Assembly: GCA_951406725.2 (NCBI GenBank)
Contig: OX597814.1
Coordinates: forward strand, 2,170,001 to 2,234,000
DNA: 64,000 nucleotides
Reading direction: 5' to 3'
DNA from: Octopus vulgaris
Lineage: Eukaryota
A program made the position numbers and the translations under genes. The notes beneath the pieces were generated by a model, which had not been told where the DNA came from, did no database searches, and worked only from the letters and a program-made list of their open reading frames with translations. Positions within the stretch are counted from its first letter, which is position 1; the number at the start of each line of letters is the position of its first letter. This document shows positions 29,841 through 43,300 of the stretch, piece by piece.

Positions 29841-30151
29841 GCACGTAACTTAGTGGTTAGGGTACTCGGCTTAAGATCGTCTGGTTCGATACCTGGCGGT
29901 GCCTTGGTGTCCCTGTGCATGGCACTTTATTTTATACGGTTCCAGTCAACTCAGCTGGCAAAAATGAGTTGTATCTGTATTTCAAAGGGCCAACATAGTC
30001 GCATGCAGTATCACACTGGATCTCTCCGAGAAGTACATTAAGGGGAAACGTATTTGTGATGTACTCAGCCACTTGTAAGTTAATTTCACGAGTAGGCTTT
30101 TCTGTCGCACGGATCAACTGGAAGCCTCGTCGTCGTGACCGACGGAGCGCC
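29841..30151 (+). mobile_element. Chimeric SINE: family D-like head/body with tail type 1
   Basis: ccagtcaactcagctggcaaaaatgag joined to tgtatctgtatttcaaagggcc...gtcgtgaccgacggagcgc. Confidence 0.8.
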
Positions 30152-30276
30152 AATATTCAAAGAAGGAATTACTGTCATTATCTCTAAATGTTAATGGATT
30201 ACAGACTTGTTAATGCAAATGAGCAACAAAATAAAGAAAATAAAAACATGCCTTTACATTATTTGTTCTAGCTTTT

Positions 30277-30410
30277 TACGTTTTCAGTTCAAATTCTACT
30301 GAGGTCGCCATTGCCTTTAATTCTTTTGGGCCGATAAAATACAATAGTATTCAAATACTGTAATCGATGGTGGCGATTGAGCCATCTCTCATTTGTGCAA
30401 TAATAAAAAT
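30277..30410 (+). mobile_element. SINE family E, degenerate
   Basis: gttcaaattctactgaggtcgccattgccttt...gataaaatac. Confidence 0.55.
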
Positions 30411-30424
30411 AAATGCGCCCTTTT

Positions 30425-30661
30425 TAAAACCTAGCCAGGCTCATGGGCCCGGTTTCCCGGTTTCCATGGCGTTTGTCTTCTCTAGCTGGATGGGACGCCT
30501 GTCCATCGCAGCGTTACTAATTTTTGCCAGCTAGGTGGACTGGAGCAACGTGAAATGAAGCGTTTTGCTCAAGAACACAACACGTCGCCCGGTCCAGGAA
30601 TCGAAACTACAATCTTACGATCATGATGCTGACTCCCTAACCACTAAGCCACGCGCCTCTC
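30425..30661 (-). mobile_element. SINE family D
   Basis: Reverse complement matches 7240-7452. Confidence 0.88.
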
Positions 30662-30868
30662 ATTTATGCAATACTGATGGAATATTTTCCACATCACACA
30701 AATGATATAGCGCTCCCGGTGGCGTTGGAGAGTAGAGATTGAGATTTTTAGTCGATCCCAATAGTCAATGCCTCTCATGCCGTCTATCTTTCTTGTTATT
30801 AACCTCTGGAGTGCTTCTATTTTCATAATGAGTTGCTTGTTATAGGGAGACCACAGTGGGCAAAAGGA
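30662..30868 (-). mobile_element. CR1-like LINE ORF2 fragment
   Basis: CPLWSP..., KIEALQRLITRKIDGMRGIDYWDRLK; homologous to 32327-32538. Confidence 0.88.
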
Positions 30869-31160
30869 TCTGTTTGCTATTGTCCAATGAGCGAAAAAAA
30901 AAACAATGTGTTTCTAAATGAAGATAAGTTTGATATGATCCACTTTGGAAAAGAGGATACTCTGAAATTACCACATGCTCTTCTCTCGGGCGACTCCCTA
31001 GTTGTCATCCAACAACACCAGAGATCTTGGAGTAATTGTCGATAACAATCTAAGCTGGAGTTCTTACGTAAACAGCAAGGTTGACTTGGACCGCAAGATG
31101 TGCTCCTGGATTCTGAGAACATTCCGGTCTAGAGATGCCCACACCATCATCCTTCTCTCA
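30869..31160 (+). mobile_element. CR1-like LINE RT C-terminal fragment
   Basis: NNVFLNEDKFDMIHFGK...RDLGVIVDNNLSWSSYV...WILRTFRSRD. Confidence 0.88.
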
Positions 31161-31504
31161 TATATTACTGGTGTTGTGCCTAAACGAGAAACCGTTGTTA
31201 TCCTTACCTCTGGCACACACGCACATATGCATTGTAGATAATTTTTTACGTAAAAGATGAGTGGGTTTGAAATACAGTAATTTACTCTGCTCATGTAATA
31301 ACCAATATGATGGCAACTTAACAGCCTGATGCATTCCAGTGATGTTGCCATTTTGAATTTTCTTCATGAGAGCTGTAAGGAAATTATGAGAAAAATACAG
31401 GAGATCACTTTTAAAAGATGTCTATATTTATGTTCAATCGAATAAAACTGCTTGCAGGTAACAGAGTACAATATCTATCTTAAGGATGTACCAGACTCAT
31501 TAAC

Positions 31505-31561
<57 letters not shown>

Positions 31562-32326
31562 AGGAGACATAAACTCTATAAACTGGCAAAAATATATATA
31601 TTTATAAAAATTACATCAAATTAAATTTCGCAGGAAATTTTCTAGTTAACAACACTAACTTCATAAATAAATCCTTTCTGTGAATAATAAAGCCGATCAA
31701 AGCTGATGTGGCTGTAATTAGTAAATTTAATTAACCCAAATTGAAAGTGTGAGAAACACTGTCACTTTGGCAAAGCAGAAAGGAGGTCACCTCACTATTT
31801 AAATTTATGAGGACCTCAGCTAGAGAAATGAAAAACAAATATAACATGGTATAATCCTCCTTCCAAATTAAGAGGCACAACAATTATACTGGAAGGTTTT
31901 TTTCACCTCACTTTCCTTCTCAACATAGGTACAACAAATTTTTCAATAGATATGTCATTAAAATAACAATTTCTTGTAAACTAAATTTTGCTCGTTCTCA
32001 AATGTTACTAAATTATATTATGCCAACACAAATCCTATTATTAAACAGTACAACTTTAGGAAGAAGAACAACTGCCCGAGAGAAACTAATATTTCAAAAA
32101 ACACGTTCTTAAATGCAAACTAATGATTCGTTTCTGACGTATTTATAGAAGCTAATTGCAGCCAATTAAAAGCCCATTAGCATCAACGCTACTACGCTTT
32201 TTGGAATTCCCATAAGAAAACCGAAAACAAATCTAATTAATTACAAATTAAAATGAAAAATATGTAGAGAATTAAACTATAAACCGATGCACTGAAACCA
32301 GGTTATTCAGGCACCACGGAAGCGTC

Positions 32327-32883
32327 TCCTTTTGCCCACTGTGGTCTCCCCATACGAAACAACTCATTATGAAAGTAGAAGCACTCCAGAGGTTAATAAC
32401 AAGAAAGATAGACGGCTTGAGAGGCATTGATTATTGGGGGTGACTATAAAACCTCAATCTCTACTTTCTCCAACGCCGCCGGGAGCGCTACATTATTTGT
32501 GTGATGTGGAAAATATTCCATCAGTATTGCACAAATGATGTTGGCATCATTTTTAAAAACCATCCAAGACTTGGCCCACGTGCTATCCGCACAACACAAA
32601 AACCGAACTCAGGAGAACACATAGCAACATGACGTCACAATAACTTTACCTCAACTGGTCCAGCTCTCTTTTATACCAAAATACGTCAAAACGGAAATGG
32701 ATCCCATAAAATTCAAAAGCCCACTGGCCAAATTTCTTCAAATAATCCCTGACCAACCTCCTACTCACGGATATGTCTCCAACAATTATACCTCTTTGCT
32801 AGTGTGGGCCATGTTCCCCCGTATATGACTAAAAGACTTCACCATATGGTGCTATTAAGTCGAAACCTATCAAAGTTTGCAAA

Positions 32884-32888
<5 letters not shown>
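32327..32888 (+). mobile_element. CR1-like LINE 3' fragment
   Basis: Homologous to 4047-4470 and 30662-30868; ends cgaaacctatcaaag then (TA)n. Confidence 0.88.
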
Positions 32889-32926
<38 letters not shown>

Positions 32927-33044
32927 CAATAGTAATAATATGACAACAAAAGAATGAATGAAACCTCGATATTATGTAAAATCGAGGAATTTATCTATAA
33001 ATATATGTGACAATTATTTGGTTGTTTCGGATACCGGTGCTGAA

Positions 33045-33113
33045 GTCGTAATAACTGATGAGATGCCGTAGCAGACTTCAGCCCCGGTATCCGAAACTGA
33101 GTTTTATTATGAC
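33045..33113 (+). ncRNA. Type-I hammerhead ribozyme motif, canonical core
   Basis: GUCGUAAUAA-CUGAUGA-GAUGCC...GGUAUC-c-GAA-ACUGAGU-U-UUAUUAUGAC: 10-bp stem I, 6-bp stem II. Confidence 0.7.
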
Positions 33114-33192
33114 AACCAGCTGTCACATATTATATATATATTGGCGATTGTTTTCCTCCGTCTTCCCTTCCTTGGATCTTTCCTCTTTCTAT

Positions 33193-33227
33193 GTTTCTGA
33201 CGAAGAGCTCCGCTCGAAACGTTAAAT
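33193..33227 (+). ncRNA. Minimal hammerhead motif in short element ~33141-33331
   Basis: GUUU-CUGACGA-a-GAGC(ucc)GCUC-GAAAC-GUU-AAAU. Confidence 0.62.
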
Positions 33228-33327
33228 CCTCCTTCTTTCTTTCCTTTCTTTCTCTGAGCGTCCAATACCACTATACTTGTTCCACGTCCTCACATTGTTC
33301 TGGTTTTCTCTTTGGTCATGTTTGGAT

Positions 33328-33482
<155 letters not shown>

Positions 33483-34517
33483 CATATATATGTGCGTATA
33501 TATGTATGTATATATATACATATGTATATATATACGAATATATATATGTATATTTATATATATATATCATATATGTATACACAGTGTATATATATATGTA
33601 TACATATATATATATGCATGTATATATATAAGACCTCATATGCCACCATGATGCACTTTATATTTGCTTCAAATTTCATGCACTTTCCTTAACTAGTTTT
33701 ACAATTTTCTCTATTTTTATTCTCGTCATTTCAGCATATTTTTATCTATCTCCATCTATATTTGTTTAACCTCTAACAAAATTCTACACATGTAGGTATG
33801 TTATGGTGTGATCGTGTGGAAGTGAATGAGTCTGGGAATGTTTGTCTGGTTAAATAAATAATTTGAACAGATCCAGATATTTCTAAAGTCATGACATATG
33901 TAAGAGGGGGAAAAAAGAGCAAAGTCGTTATATCGCATCTACATATGCGAAAGCACGCGAGAGAGTGCAAGTGTGATGTATTATATGTGAAAGAGCAGAA
34001 ATGGAAAGAGGCAAATCAGAGACGAGTGGATGGTCAACTGAGGGCGTACACCAAGTAAAAAAAATATTCGAAACGTTATGGACAATAAGTAAACAGACAC
34101 ACACACACACAGAAATGACAAAAGTTGTTCACAGTAAATTGTACGTCGAAATACGAAAAGGAAAAGAAGAGTGACGGTTCAGGTGAAGCCTTTATCAAAG
34201 TAGCGTAAGAAAAGGTCGCATGAAGCCCCACAAACCAATTGTAGCGGATGTACGAAGACCATCAATTCCACAATATATGGTTACTCGTTCCTCACAGGAA
34301 GAATTTATATAATAAAAGATAGAAGAGAGCACGCATGCACACACACACACATTTTTACATTAAACCGAAAAAGTACTCAATACGTGTTGTAGAGTACATA
34401 TTCATTGCACTTTTACAAGAGCAGTGGGAACGGTGACTTTGACTTTTCGCTAGCCTTCATCCGAGACTTCGAAGTCACTGGCACCAATCTTCCTTCTTTA
34501 AGACTATAATACACACG

Positions 34518-34558
<41 letters not shown>

Positions 34559-34561
34559 AAA

Positions 34562-34627
<66 letters not shown>

Positions 34628-35534
34628 CATATATAAACATGCAAATACACACAAACCCAGGCTACGACAGCTCTCTAGAAGTAGTACCCTTGTCATTTAA
34701 CCTTGACAGCTACTCCTACACATGGAAGTAGCTGCAACACTGGGCCGAAACAAAGTTCTCGGACGCGCACTGTAAGTGCTGGGGCAGGGCGATTGTCGTA
34801 CGCGAACCAAGGTTACTTGGACAGAGGCGAGACTAGAAAATGGGAAGAATATCGGAGGAGGTGTGTTGGCCTGCCCTCCTAGCCAGTGGGGTGGCATCGT
34901 TAGAAAGCTAAAACGATGCAAAGCGGATTACGACCAACGACGTAAAACAACATCCGATTGTCTGGTCAATAACGTGATCACGTGGTACAATTCAATAAAG
35001 ATGTGTTTATAAGTTACAAAAGAGTGGTGAGGACAAACGTCTCTAGCAAAGGAAATATCCCCAAAGAGGACATCGTTTCACCGTCTGCAGAAGTCACAAG
35101 GGTTTTATCAGCTGTTGACAGGTGGTAAACTTGAAGAAGGACGTTTGTTTGTTCCCATTCATAAAATAGACACGCGCAGAACCGTTAAAAGCTTCGATAC
35201 AGATGGAAGATTTTTTGTGACTTGTAAGACAGGATATAACGTTCGTCTTCGTTGAATGAATACAAGAAGAAAGGAAAAAAAGTAGAGAAAAAATATGTTG
35301 CAATGTAATTATTAACACGTTTAATTTCATGGCAATAATAGAGCTTGAAAAGTTGGATGATTTATATCAGCGAGTACAATATATGTAATTTAATGTTGCA
35401 TGCATGAGTAATTGTCTCAGCACCTCTGTACATGCATTGGGAAATGCACACACGCAGAGGGATATATACAATGAAAACTAGCGTAGACTTATTTTATCAG
35501 CGCCTTCATAAACATTTTGGGGGAACACGTGCGC

Positions 35535-35568
<34 letters not shown>

Positions 35569-35587
35569 GTATATGTTAGTGTGTGTG

Positions 35588-35665
<78 letters not shown>

Positions 35666-35667
35666 AA

Positions 35668-35894
35668 AAAAGCAGCAGAAATATAACATGACAAAAGCTG
35701 TTACTCAGTTTCACGTTCCCGTTCGTCGGACAGTTATTTTTTTAAACAAAACTGTTGGACGAACGGGAACGTGAAACTCTGAATAACAGCTTTTGTTATA
35801 TTTCTGCTGCTTTTAAATAAAGCATGTTACTCTACCTCTGGTATTTGAGTACTCTTTTTTCCACCTTGTTTCATATTTATGTGCTTACTCCGGT
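35668..35894. mobile_element. Fold-back element with two divergent hammerhead-like motifs (35698-35733 -, 35752-35789 +)
   Basis: CUGU-CCGACGA-ACG(GGAA)CGU-GAAACUGAGU-A-ACAG and a more degenerate inverted copy; ends tgtgcttactccgg(TA)n. Confidence 0.7.
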
Positions 35895-36668
35895 ATATAT
35901 ATATATTACTTGATCTGTCCCCTTCTCTCTCTCTTCTCTCTCCTCTCTTTTCTCTCTACTCATCCTCTTTTTCTCTTCTCTTTCCTCTGATTCTTTGGTC
36001 TAATCTTCCACTACCTTCCTAATTCTTTGTCTCGCTCTGCACTCACAGGTCAATCTTCGACACCCATCCCTTCTCCTCTCTGATTCCTTCTTTCTCTCTC
36101 TTCTCTCTCTTTGTTGCGTTTGTCCCTCCTCTCTCTCTCTCCTCTCTCTCTCTCTTCCTTTGCTTCTCTTTCTTTTCTTTTCTCTCTTCTCTGTCACGTG
36201 ACTGCTGGCTGAAATCTGCCTTTCAGCTTCTGACCATCGTCACGTTAACATCGTTGTTTTTCGTCCGCCGCTATAAAGGCTCCTTCCAATGCGCCAGAGA
36301 AAAAATTTGTTTGCTTGTTATCAGTCGTAAGACACTTGTTGTTTTCACCGTTAATGCTTCTGTATTTCATGTTTCTGTATTCCATTATTGTTTTTTATAT
36401 CTGTCCCTTTTGCTGTCCTGGTGTTCGTATGCATTCGATCCTTCTTCCAGGAAATCTACGCTTCCAGCTTAGTTTTTCTAATGCTCGTTGCTTAGTTCTT
36501 CTTGGAGGGCTGGCCGTGATCTAGTAATCTCAAGATTAATCAGCCGAAATTACTACGATGATCCGGTTCTTGACTGAAGACTGAGGGTTTCGAATGTCCT
36601 GTCCGTGTTTATTGTATCGTCTTCTAAGAGTTATACGTTCTTGTCCATGTTGTATTTTTCTACATACC

Positions 36669-36725
<57 letters not shown>

Positions 36726-36765
36726 TGTGTGTATATATATATGTATATATATATATATATATAAA

Positions 36766-36902
36766 CAGTTTCCGTCTACCAAATCCACTCACAAGGTTAT
36801 ACTCGTCCCGAGGCTATAGTAGAAATCACTTGCCCAAGGGACTGAACCCGGAACCATGTGGTTGGGAAGCAAGCTACTTACCACACAGTCACTCCTGCGC
36901 CT
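36766..36902 (-). mobile_element. SINE family A, 5' half
   Basis: cagtttccgtctaccaaatccactcacaagg...actcctgcgcc. Confidence 0.85.
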
Positions 36903-36905
36903 ATA

Positions 36906-37223
36906 TATTCAGGATCACAACATATAGGTACAATGCGACACAATCTCTTTTCCTCAACAGGCCCTGCCCTGTTTAATATTGTCCCAAAACTGATCAAAGA
37001 GGAAAAGAATCCCATCACCTTTAAACGGAATTTGGCCAAATTTCTTCAAGGAATACCAGATAAGCCACCCATACCTGGATACAACTCACTCAACAAGAAC
37101 TCACTACTTGAATGGACCATAATACCACAAAACTTGACCTAGAAAGGATTTAGATAATTCTATCAGATGGTGCTATTCAATTAGACATAGCCTGGACCAA
37201 TCTTTGGTCGAAACATATCTAAG

Positions 37224-37226
<3 letters not shown>
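36906..37226 (+). mobile_element. CR1-like LINE 3' fragment
   Basis: GPALFNIVPKLIKEEKNPITFKRNLAKFLQGIPDKPPIPGYNSLNKNSLLEW; homologous to 4146-4470. Confidence 0.88.
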
Positions 37227-37286
<60 letters not shown>

Positions 37287-37371
37287 GAAGGTTGAAAAGT
37301 CACGGTTGAAAATGGTAAAATAATTTTATAAAATAATTTTATCATTTCCCATTTCCTACCTTGACTTTTCC

Positions 37372-37427
<56 letters not shown>

Positions 37428-37482
37428 ATATATATATATATACATATATGTATGTATATATATATATATATATATATACATA

Positions 37483-37524
<42 letters not shown>

Positions 37525-37528
37525 TATG

Positions 37529-37606
<78 letters not shown>

Positions 37607-38768
37607 CATATATGATTTGATTGTTACAAATATATATTTTGGTATATACAAATGTATGGATGTGTACATATATATGATTGAACAGGCGCACATACATATA
37701 CCTTTATATGTGTTTGCGTGTATGTGTATATGTGTGTATGTGTGTGTGAGTGTGTGTGCATGTTCGTATTTGTATCACGACTGTCTTCATATTTTATCTT
37801 TGTTATTAATTTTTCATATTTTTCTTATTAGTCCTTTGTGTTTGATTTGGAACAATTCAATAATTCATGAAGAGTTTCTCGGTTTTATCTTTTATCTTCG
37901 TAATAAAACGGTGTCGATGGCGCTAACATCGACGCGTTTTGCCTGATGCAGTAAAGTTCATGGGAATGATGCTGTAACTGATAAACGTCATCATCTCTGC
38001 GTTTTGAAATTATTTATAACTACGAACTGTAGGTCACCTTCTTACCTTATTCCACGTCTATTGCACTTGATTACGGATGTTTTTGTTTGCGTTTTTCACA
38101 ATTTATAAATCTTATAATGCTAACCTATTTATTAATAATTTTTCTGTGGAATTATGTATCTGCTGGCAGCGTTATTAAATAATATTTTGATATCAAGTTT
38201 CGTCCTGTCTTCGGTATTAAACGTGCTGAAGATCTCCTTGTAGATGCTTGGTAAACTTAGAGGAATTCTCCTGACTCCTGTGACGGTCTAATCACTTGAG
38301 TATACTGAGAGGTGAAAGAACCGTACTTCATACAACTTTAGCCGTCTGAGATACGTTCTCTGTATTAGGGCTTCACTGTTTCCTGTTCATAAGCTTTTTT
38401 TTTTAAGAAATTAAATATAAGATAAAAACATATACCGATGATTAAGTAATGTGCAAAATAATAAATAAAACGTATATATTTGGTAAAATGACTACACGTG
38501 TTTCGTGGGTATATTTAAGAAATGATAATAGTAAAATCAATTCAAGTTATTAAGACTTCAGCCCTGGTATCCGAAACTCTGAGTTTTACTGCCTGTTGAT
38601 AGTGAGATTGGGCACGTGATCGCTTTTATAAGTTTTTGAAGGATGTGTTTAGCTCCGGTACTGCATCTATTTGTGCGGTTTGTATGATAGTAAAACTGAA
38701 TTTTGTTTCTTAAGTACACCACGGAATATCACTATCTCTACATTGATGGTTAATATCGTGACACCATG

Positions 38769-38922
38769 GCAGCCTTGTCCCACTCTGTGTGACACTGAAT
38801 CTCCCCGAGAACTACTTTAAGGGTAGACGTGTCTGTGGAGTGCTCAGCTACTTGCACGTTAATTTCATGAGCAGGCTGTTCCGTTGATCGGATCAAGTGG
38901 AACTCTCGTCGTCGTAACCGAC
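38769..38922 (+). mobile_element. SINE tail type 1 fragment
   Basis: gccttgtcccactctgtgtgacactgaatctccccgagaactac...gtcgtaaccgac. Confidence 0.85.
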
Positions 38923-39350
38923 ATACGCAGACACAGACACACATAGACACAGACACACACAGACAGACACACACATACACACACATCATTTAATGAATAC
39001 GTAGGCTACTCCAAGTTTCGAACTGCCTTGTATGGCGTGCCATGGAGGATCCGGCAATCGTTCAACCTCAAATAATTTCAGATGATTTGAGCCTAGGTGA
39101 CAGCCGAAACAGTACGGTGCGACACAACCATGTCAGGCCAGAATGTTATCAGAACATGAAACTTGAAGTAGATCACCTGTAATTTCTCTTTGCATTAAGT
39201 GATGTCTATCACCCAATCAATTGAATACATTTTGATAACCCTACCGATAAGCGCACAGCACACTGAAAAGTCTTAGTTTCCGAAATGTCAAGATGGTCAC
39301 CTTTATTTTTGAGCGTTTAACTAATACATATTTGTTAAACCTTGTTTCCA

Positions 39351-39391
<41 letters not shown>

Positions 39392-39421
39392 TATACATAT
39401 ATACATACATACACACACACA

Positions 39422-39460
<39 letters not shown>

Positions 39461-39681
39461 ACACACTCACACACACACACACATACACACACACACATAT
39501 ATATATATTCCAGAACTAGACATAGAACGGTCACCCGAAAGGGATCATGGCACGTCATGTATAAAGTTCTGCATATTATATATGGGGGTATTTTTCATAT
39601 ATATATATATGAATTTTTTGCGTAATCAAATGAAAAAAAAGCCAAGGCTGTATAGATATTAGAGCATTTATAGATAGATGA

Positions 39682-39734
39682 TCTTACAGCCGTTTCTAGA
39701 ATATAAATTGATAATAATATCCCTTCATCGGAGA
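39682..39734 (-). ncRNA. Hammerhead-like motif (U4C core)
   Basis: UCU-CCGAUGA-a-GGGAUAU...AUAUUCU-a-GAA-ACGGCUGU-A-AGA. Confidence 0.5.
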
Positions 39735-39895
39735 CGGTGTGAGAGGAAAAGTTAAGTCATGGTTAGTTTCGATGTGATATAAATAGAGAGTGAGATGGAG
39801 GAAAGAAAATAGATGTATATATATATATATGTATATATGTATATATATATATGTATATATATATGTGTATATATATATATGTATATCTATATAAG

Positions 39896-39928
<33 letters not shown>

Positions 39929-40324
39929 GTATATATATATGTATATATATATATGTACGTTTAAATATTTGTTGTGCAAGATTTTTTATGTGAAGTCGTG
40001 TGTTGAAACAGATATTGTTATATTTCGGAATGGTCATTTTGCCTGTTTAGCCAATAGAGATATAAGCATGCGCAAATGAAGACATACCATAGAAATACAA
40101 AATGGCTGACGGTTAGTAAGAAGAGACACAAATAAGACAGAAGAAAACAAAGGACCACTGATGCGGTCACAGGAGTGTGACGAAAGAACTCTGGCCGAAA
40201 TAAGATTAAGATTAATGTAAAAAATAAATAACACTGAAGCAAAATAACACCAAATATATAGTGCGTATGTTTTTATTGGCTAAACAAGCAAAATGACCAT
40301 TCCGAAATATAACAATATATATAA

Positions 40325-40381
<57 letters not shown>

Positions 40382-40390
40382 TATAGAAGG

Positions 40391-40441
40391 AGCTTCTACA
40401 GGACTAGTACTGTTTCATTCAAGAGAAATCTTCAGGAAGCT
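40391..40441 (-). ncRNA. Type-I hammerhead motif (left arm copy)
   Basis: Exact reverse complement of 42893-42943. Confidence 0.65.
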
Positions 40442-40715
40442 ATTTAACAAGAATTGTATTAGCATTTATACATTTAGAGGAGTGGTGGTGGGGGACTTTT
40501 TGGGGGTAGGCATAGCGCAAAATATCATACTTGGGGGAGTGGTCAAGGTAATAAAAAATAAAAAAATAAAAAATAATAAATAAAAAATAAAAAATAAAAA
40601 GATAAAATAAAAGAATAAAAATAAAAAATATAAAAAATATATAAAAAATATAAAAAATATATATAAAAAATATACATATGTATACACATATACATATGTA
40701 TATGTGTACATGTAT

Positions 40716-40753
<38 letters not shown>

Positions 40754-41013
40754 ATGTGTGTATGTATGTATTTGTATATGTGTGTGTGTATATGTATGTG
40801 TGCGCGTGTGTGTGTATGTTTGTGTATGTATACTTGTATATGTATATGCATGAATGTATATATATGTGTGTGTATATGTGTATTATGTATGTATTTATAT
40901 AGATATGTAGTTTATATATATATATATGTATGTATATGCATCTGTCTGTGTGTGTGTATGTGTATATATGCGTATCATTTTTGCGTATGTATACATGTAT
41001 ATGTGTATATGTA

Positions 41014-41044
<31 letters not shown>

Positions 41045-41283
41045 ATATATATATATATATGTGTATATATATATGTATATATATATATATATATGCATGC
41101 GTATGTGTATGTACATGTATATATGTATGTGTGTATATGTATATATGTCTATATATGTGAGTATGTAGTAATATTAGTATATGCATGTGTATGTATGGGT
41201 ATGTGTATCAGTGTATATGTATATATGTATGTGTGTGTGTATGTATATGTATGTATATGTGTATATATGTATGCGTATATGTG

Positions 41284-41316
<33 letters not shown>

Positions 41317-41387
41317 GTGTATATGTGTGTGTACGTATGTGTATGTGTATGTATGTGTATATATGTCTATGTATGTATGTATGTATC

Positions 41388-41439
<52 letters not shown>

Positions 41440-41716
41440 CGTGTGTGTATGTATGCATATATGTATGTATGCATGTATATGTGTATGTATATATATGTGT
41501 GTAAGTGTGTGCATATATGTATTTGTAAGTATGTGTGCGCGTATGAGTATGTATGTATGCTTGCACATGTGTATATATATATGTGTGTGTGTGTATTTAT
41601 ATGGATGCGCGTGCGTGTGTGCACGTGTATGGGTACGCATGTATATGTGTATGTGCGTGTATGCGTATACGTGTATGTATGTATGTGTGTGCGTAGATTT
41701 GTATATGTATGTGTGA

Positions 41717-41755
<39 letters not shown>

Positions 41756-41953
41756 TATAGATGGGTGTGTGTATGCGTATAAATGCATGTAAGTATGGAT
41801 GTATAGATGTATGTATGTATGTATACGTATGTATGTGTATATGTGTGTATGTATATATATGTGTGTGTATATGTGTTTGTGTATGTATATATATGTGTAT
41901 GTATGTGTGTGTATGTGTGTATGTGTATGTATGTGTATGTATGTATATATATA

Positions 41954-41999
<46 letters not shown>

Positions 42000-42458
42000 T
42001 ATGTATCTGTATGTAGGAGTATATATGTGTGTGTGTGTATGTATATGCGGGTATATATATATATATATATATATGTATATTTATTGGTGTATATGTATAG
42101 ACTAGCCTCCTAAAGTGTAGACACGAATCTGTAGGTACGAGTACGTATGTGTATATACGTGAACGTATGTAGATGTTTGTATGTATGAATATAACGCGTG
42201 CGTACGTGTATGTGTATGAGTGTACGAATGGGTGAATGTACGTGCTAATGAGTGTGCGTGCGGGAATGAGTACTTGCCTTCTAGTAGACAGACAAATGGA
42301 CAAGCAGCTATTGCCAGGATTCTTAGCCTTAGTGATCAAAGATAACAAAAGTAATAAATGAAGATAATAAAATTAAAATTAGGGAATGGGCCTGTATTGG
42401 ATTGTATATATATATATGTATATGTATATTTGTATGTATGTATGTGTGTATGTGTAGG

Positions 42459-42507
<49 letters not shown>

Positions 42508-42892
42508 AGATATATATGTGTATGTGCGTATATGTGTGTGTAGATACGTATACATGTGTGTATAGGTATAAGTGAGAATCTCCTTATTTACCTATAACTC
42601 TATCCCCCTTTTTTATATATATATTTTATATATATATTTTTTTATATATTTTTTTATATATATTTTTTATATATATTTTTTATATTTTTTATATATTTTT
42701 TATATTTTTTATTTTTATTCTTTTATTTTATCTTTTTATTTTTTATTTTTTATTTATTATTTTTTATTTTTTTATTTTTTTATTACCTTGACCACTCCCC
42801 CAAGTATGATATTTTGCGCTATGCCTACCCCCAAAAAGTCCCCCACCACCACTCCTCTAAATGTATAAATGCTAATACAATTCTTGTTAAAT

Positions 42893-42943
42893 AGCTTCCT
42901 GAAGATTTCTCTTGAATGAAACAGTACTAGTCCTGTAGAAGCT
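42893..42943 (+). ncRNA. Type-I hammerhead motif
   Basis: AGCUUC-CUGAAGA-u-UUC(ucuu)GAA-u-GAA-ACAG(uacuaguc)CUGU-A-GAAGCU. Confidence 0.65.
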
Positions 42944-43024
42944 CCTTCTATATAATAAATTAATTTTACTCTGCTATGTATTGAGTACCTTACTTACTGT
43001 GGTTAACCCCGAATCAACCCGGGA

Positions 43025-43112
<88 letters not shown>

Positions 43113-43206
43113 ATGCATATATATCTTATTTATATATAATGTAAAATATATAATACATACATACATATATATACATATATAGATAGGTATATATAGATAT
43201 ACACAC

Positions 43207-43246
<40 letters not shown>

Positions 43247-43263
43247 GCGTGTGTGTGTATGTA

Positions 43264-43297
<34 letters not shown>

Positions 43298-43300
<3 letters not shown>

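Larger units (their letters stand above)
40372..42962. repeat. ~300-bp near-perfect inverted repeat pair around a ~2-kb microsatellite spacer
   Basis: 40372-~40674 vs reverse complement of ~42658-42962; differences seen only in A-run lengths. Confidence 0.92.

Noticed and set aside
37780-38390. Possible decayed Penelope ORF on minus strand
   Set aside because: Only short lysine-rich peptides with many stops; no diagnostic RT or GIY-YIG motif
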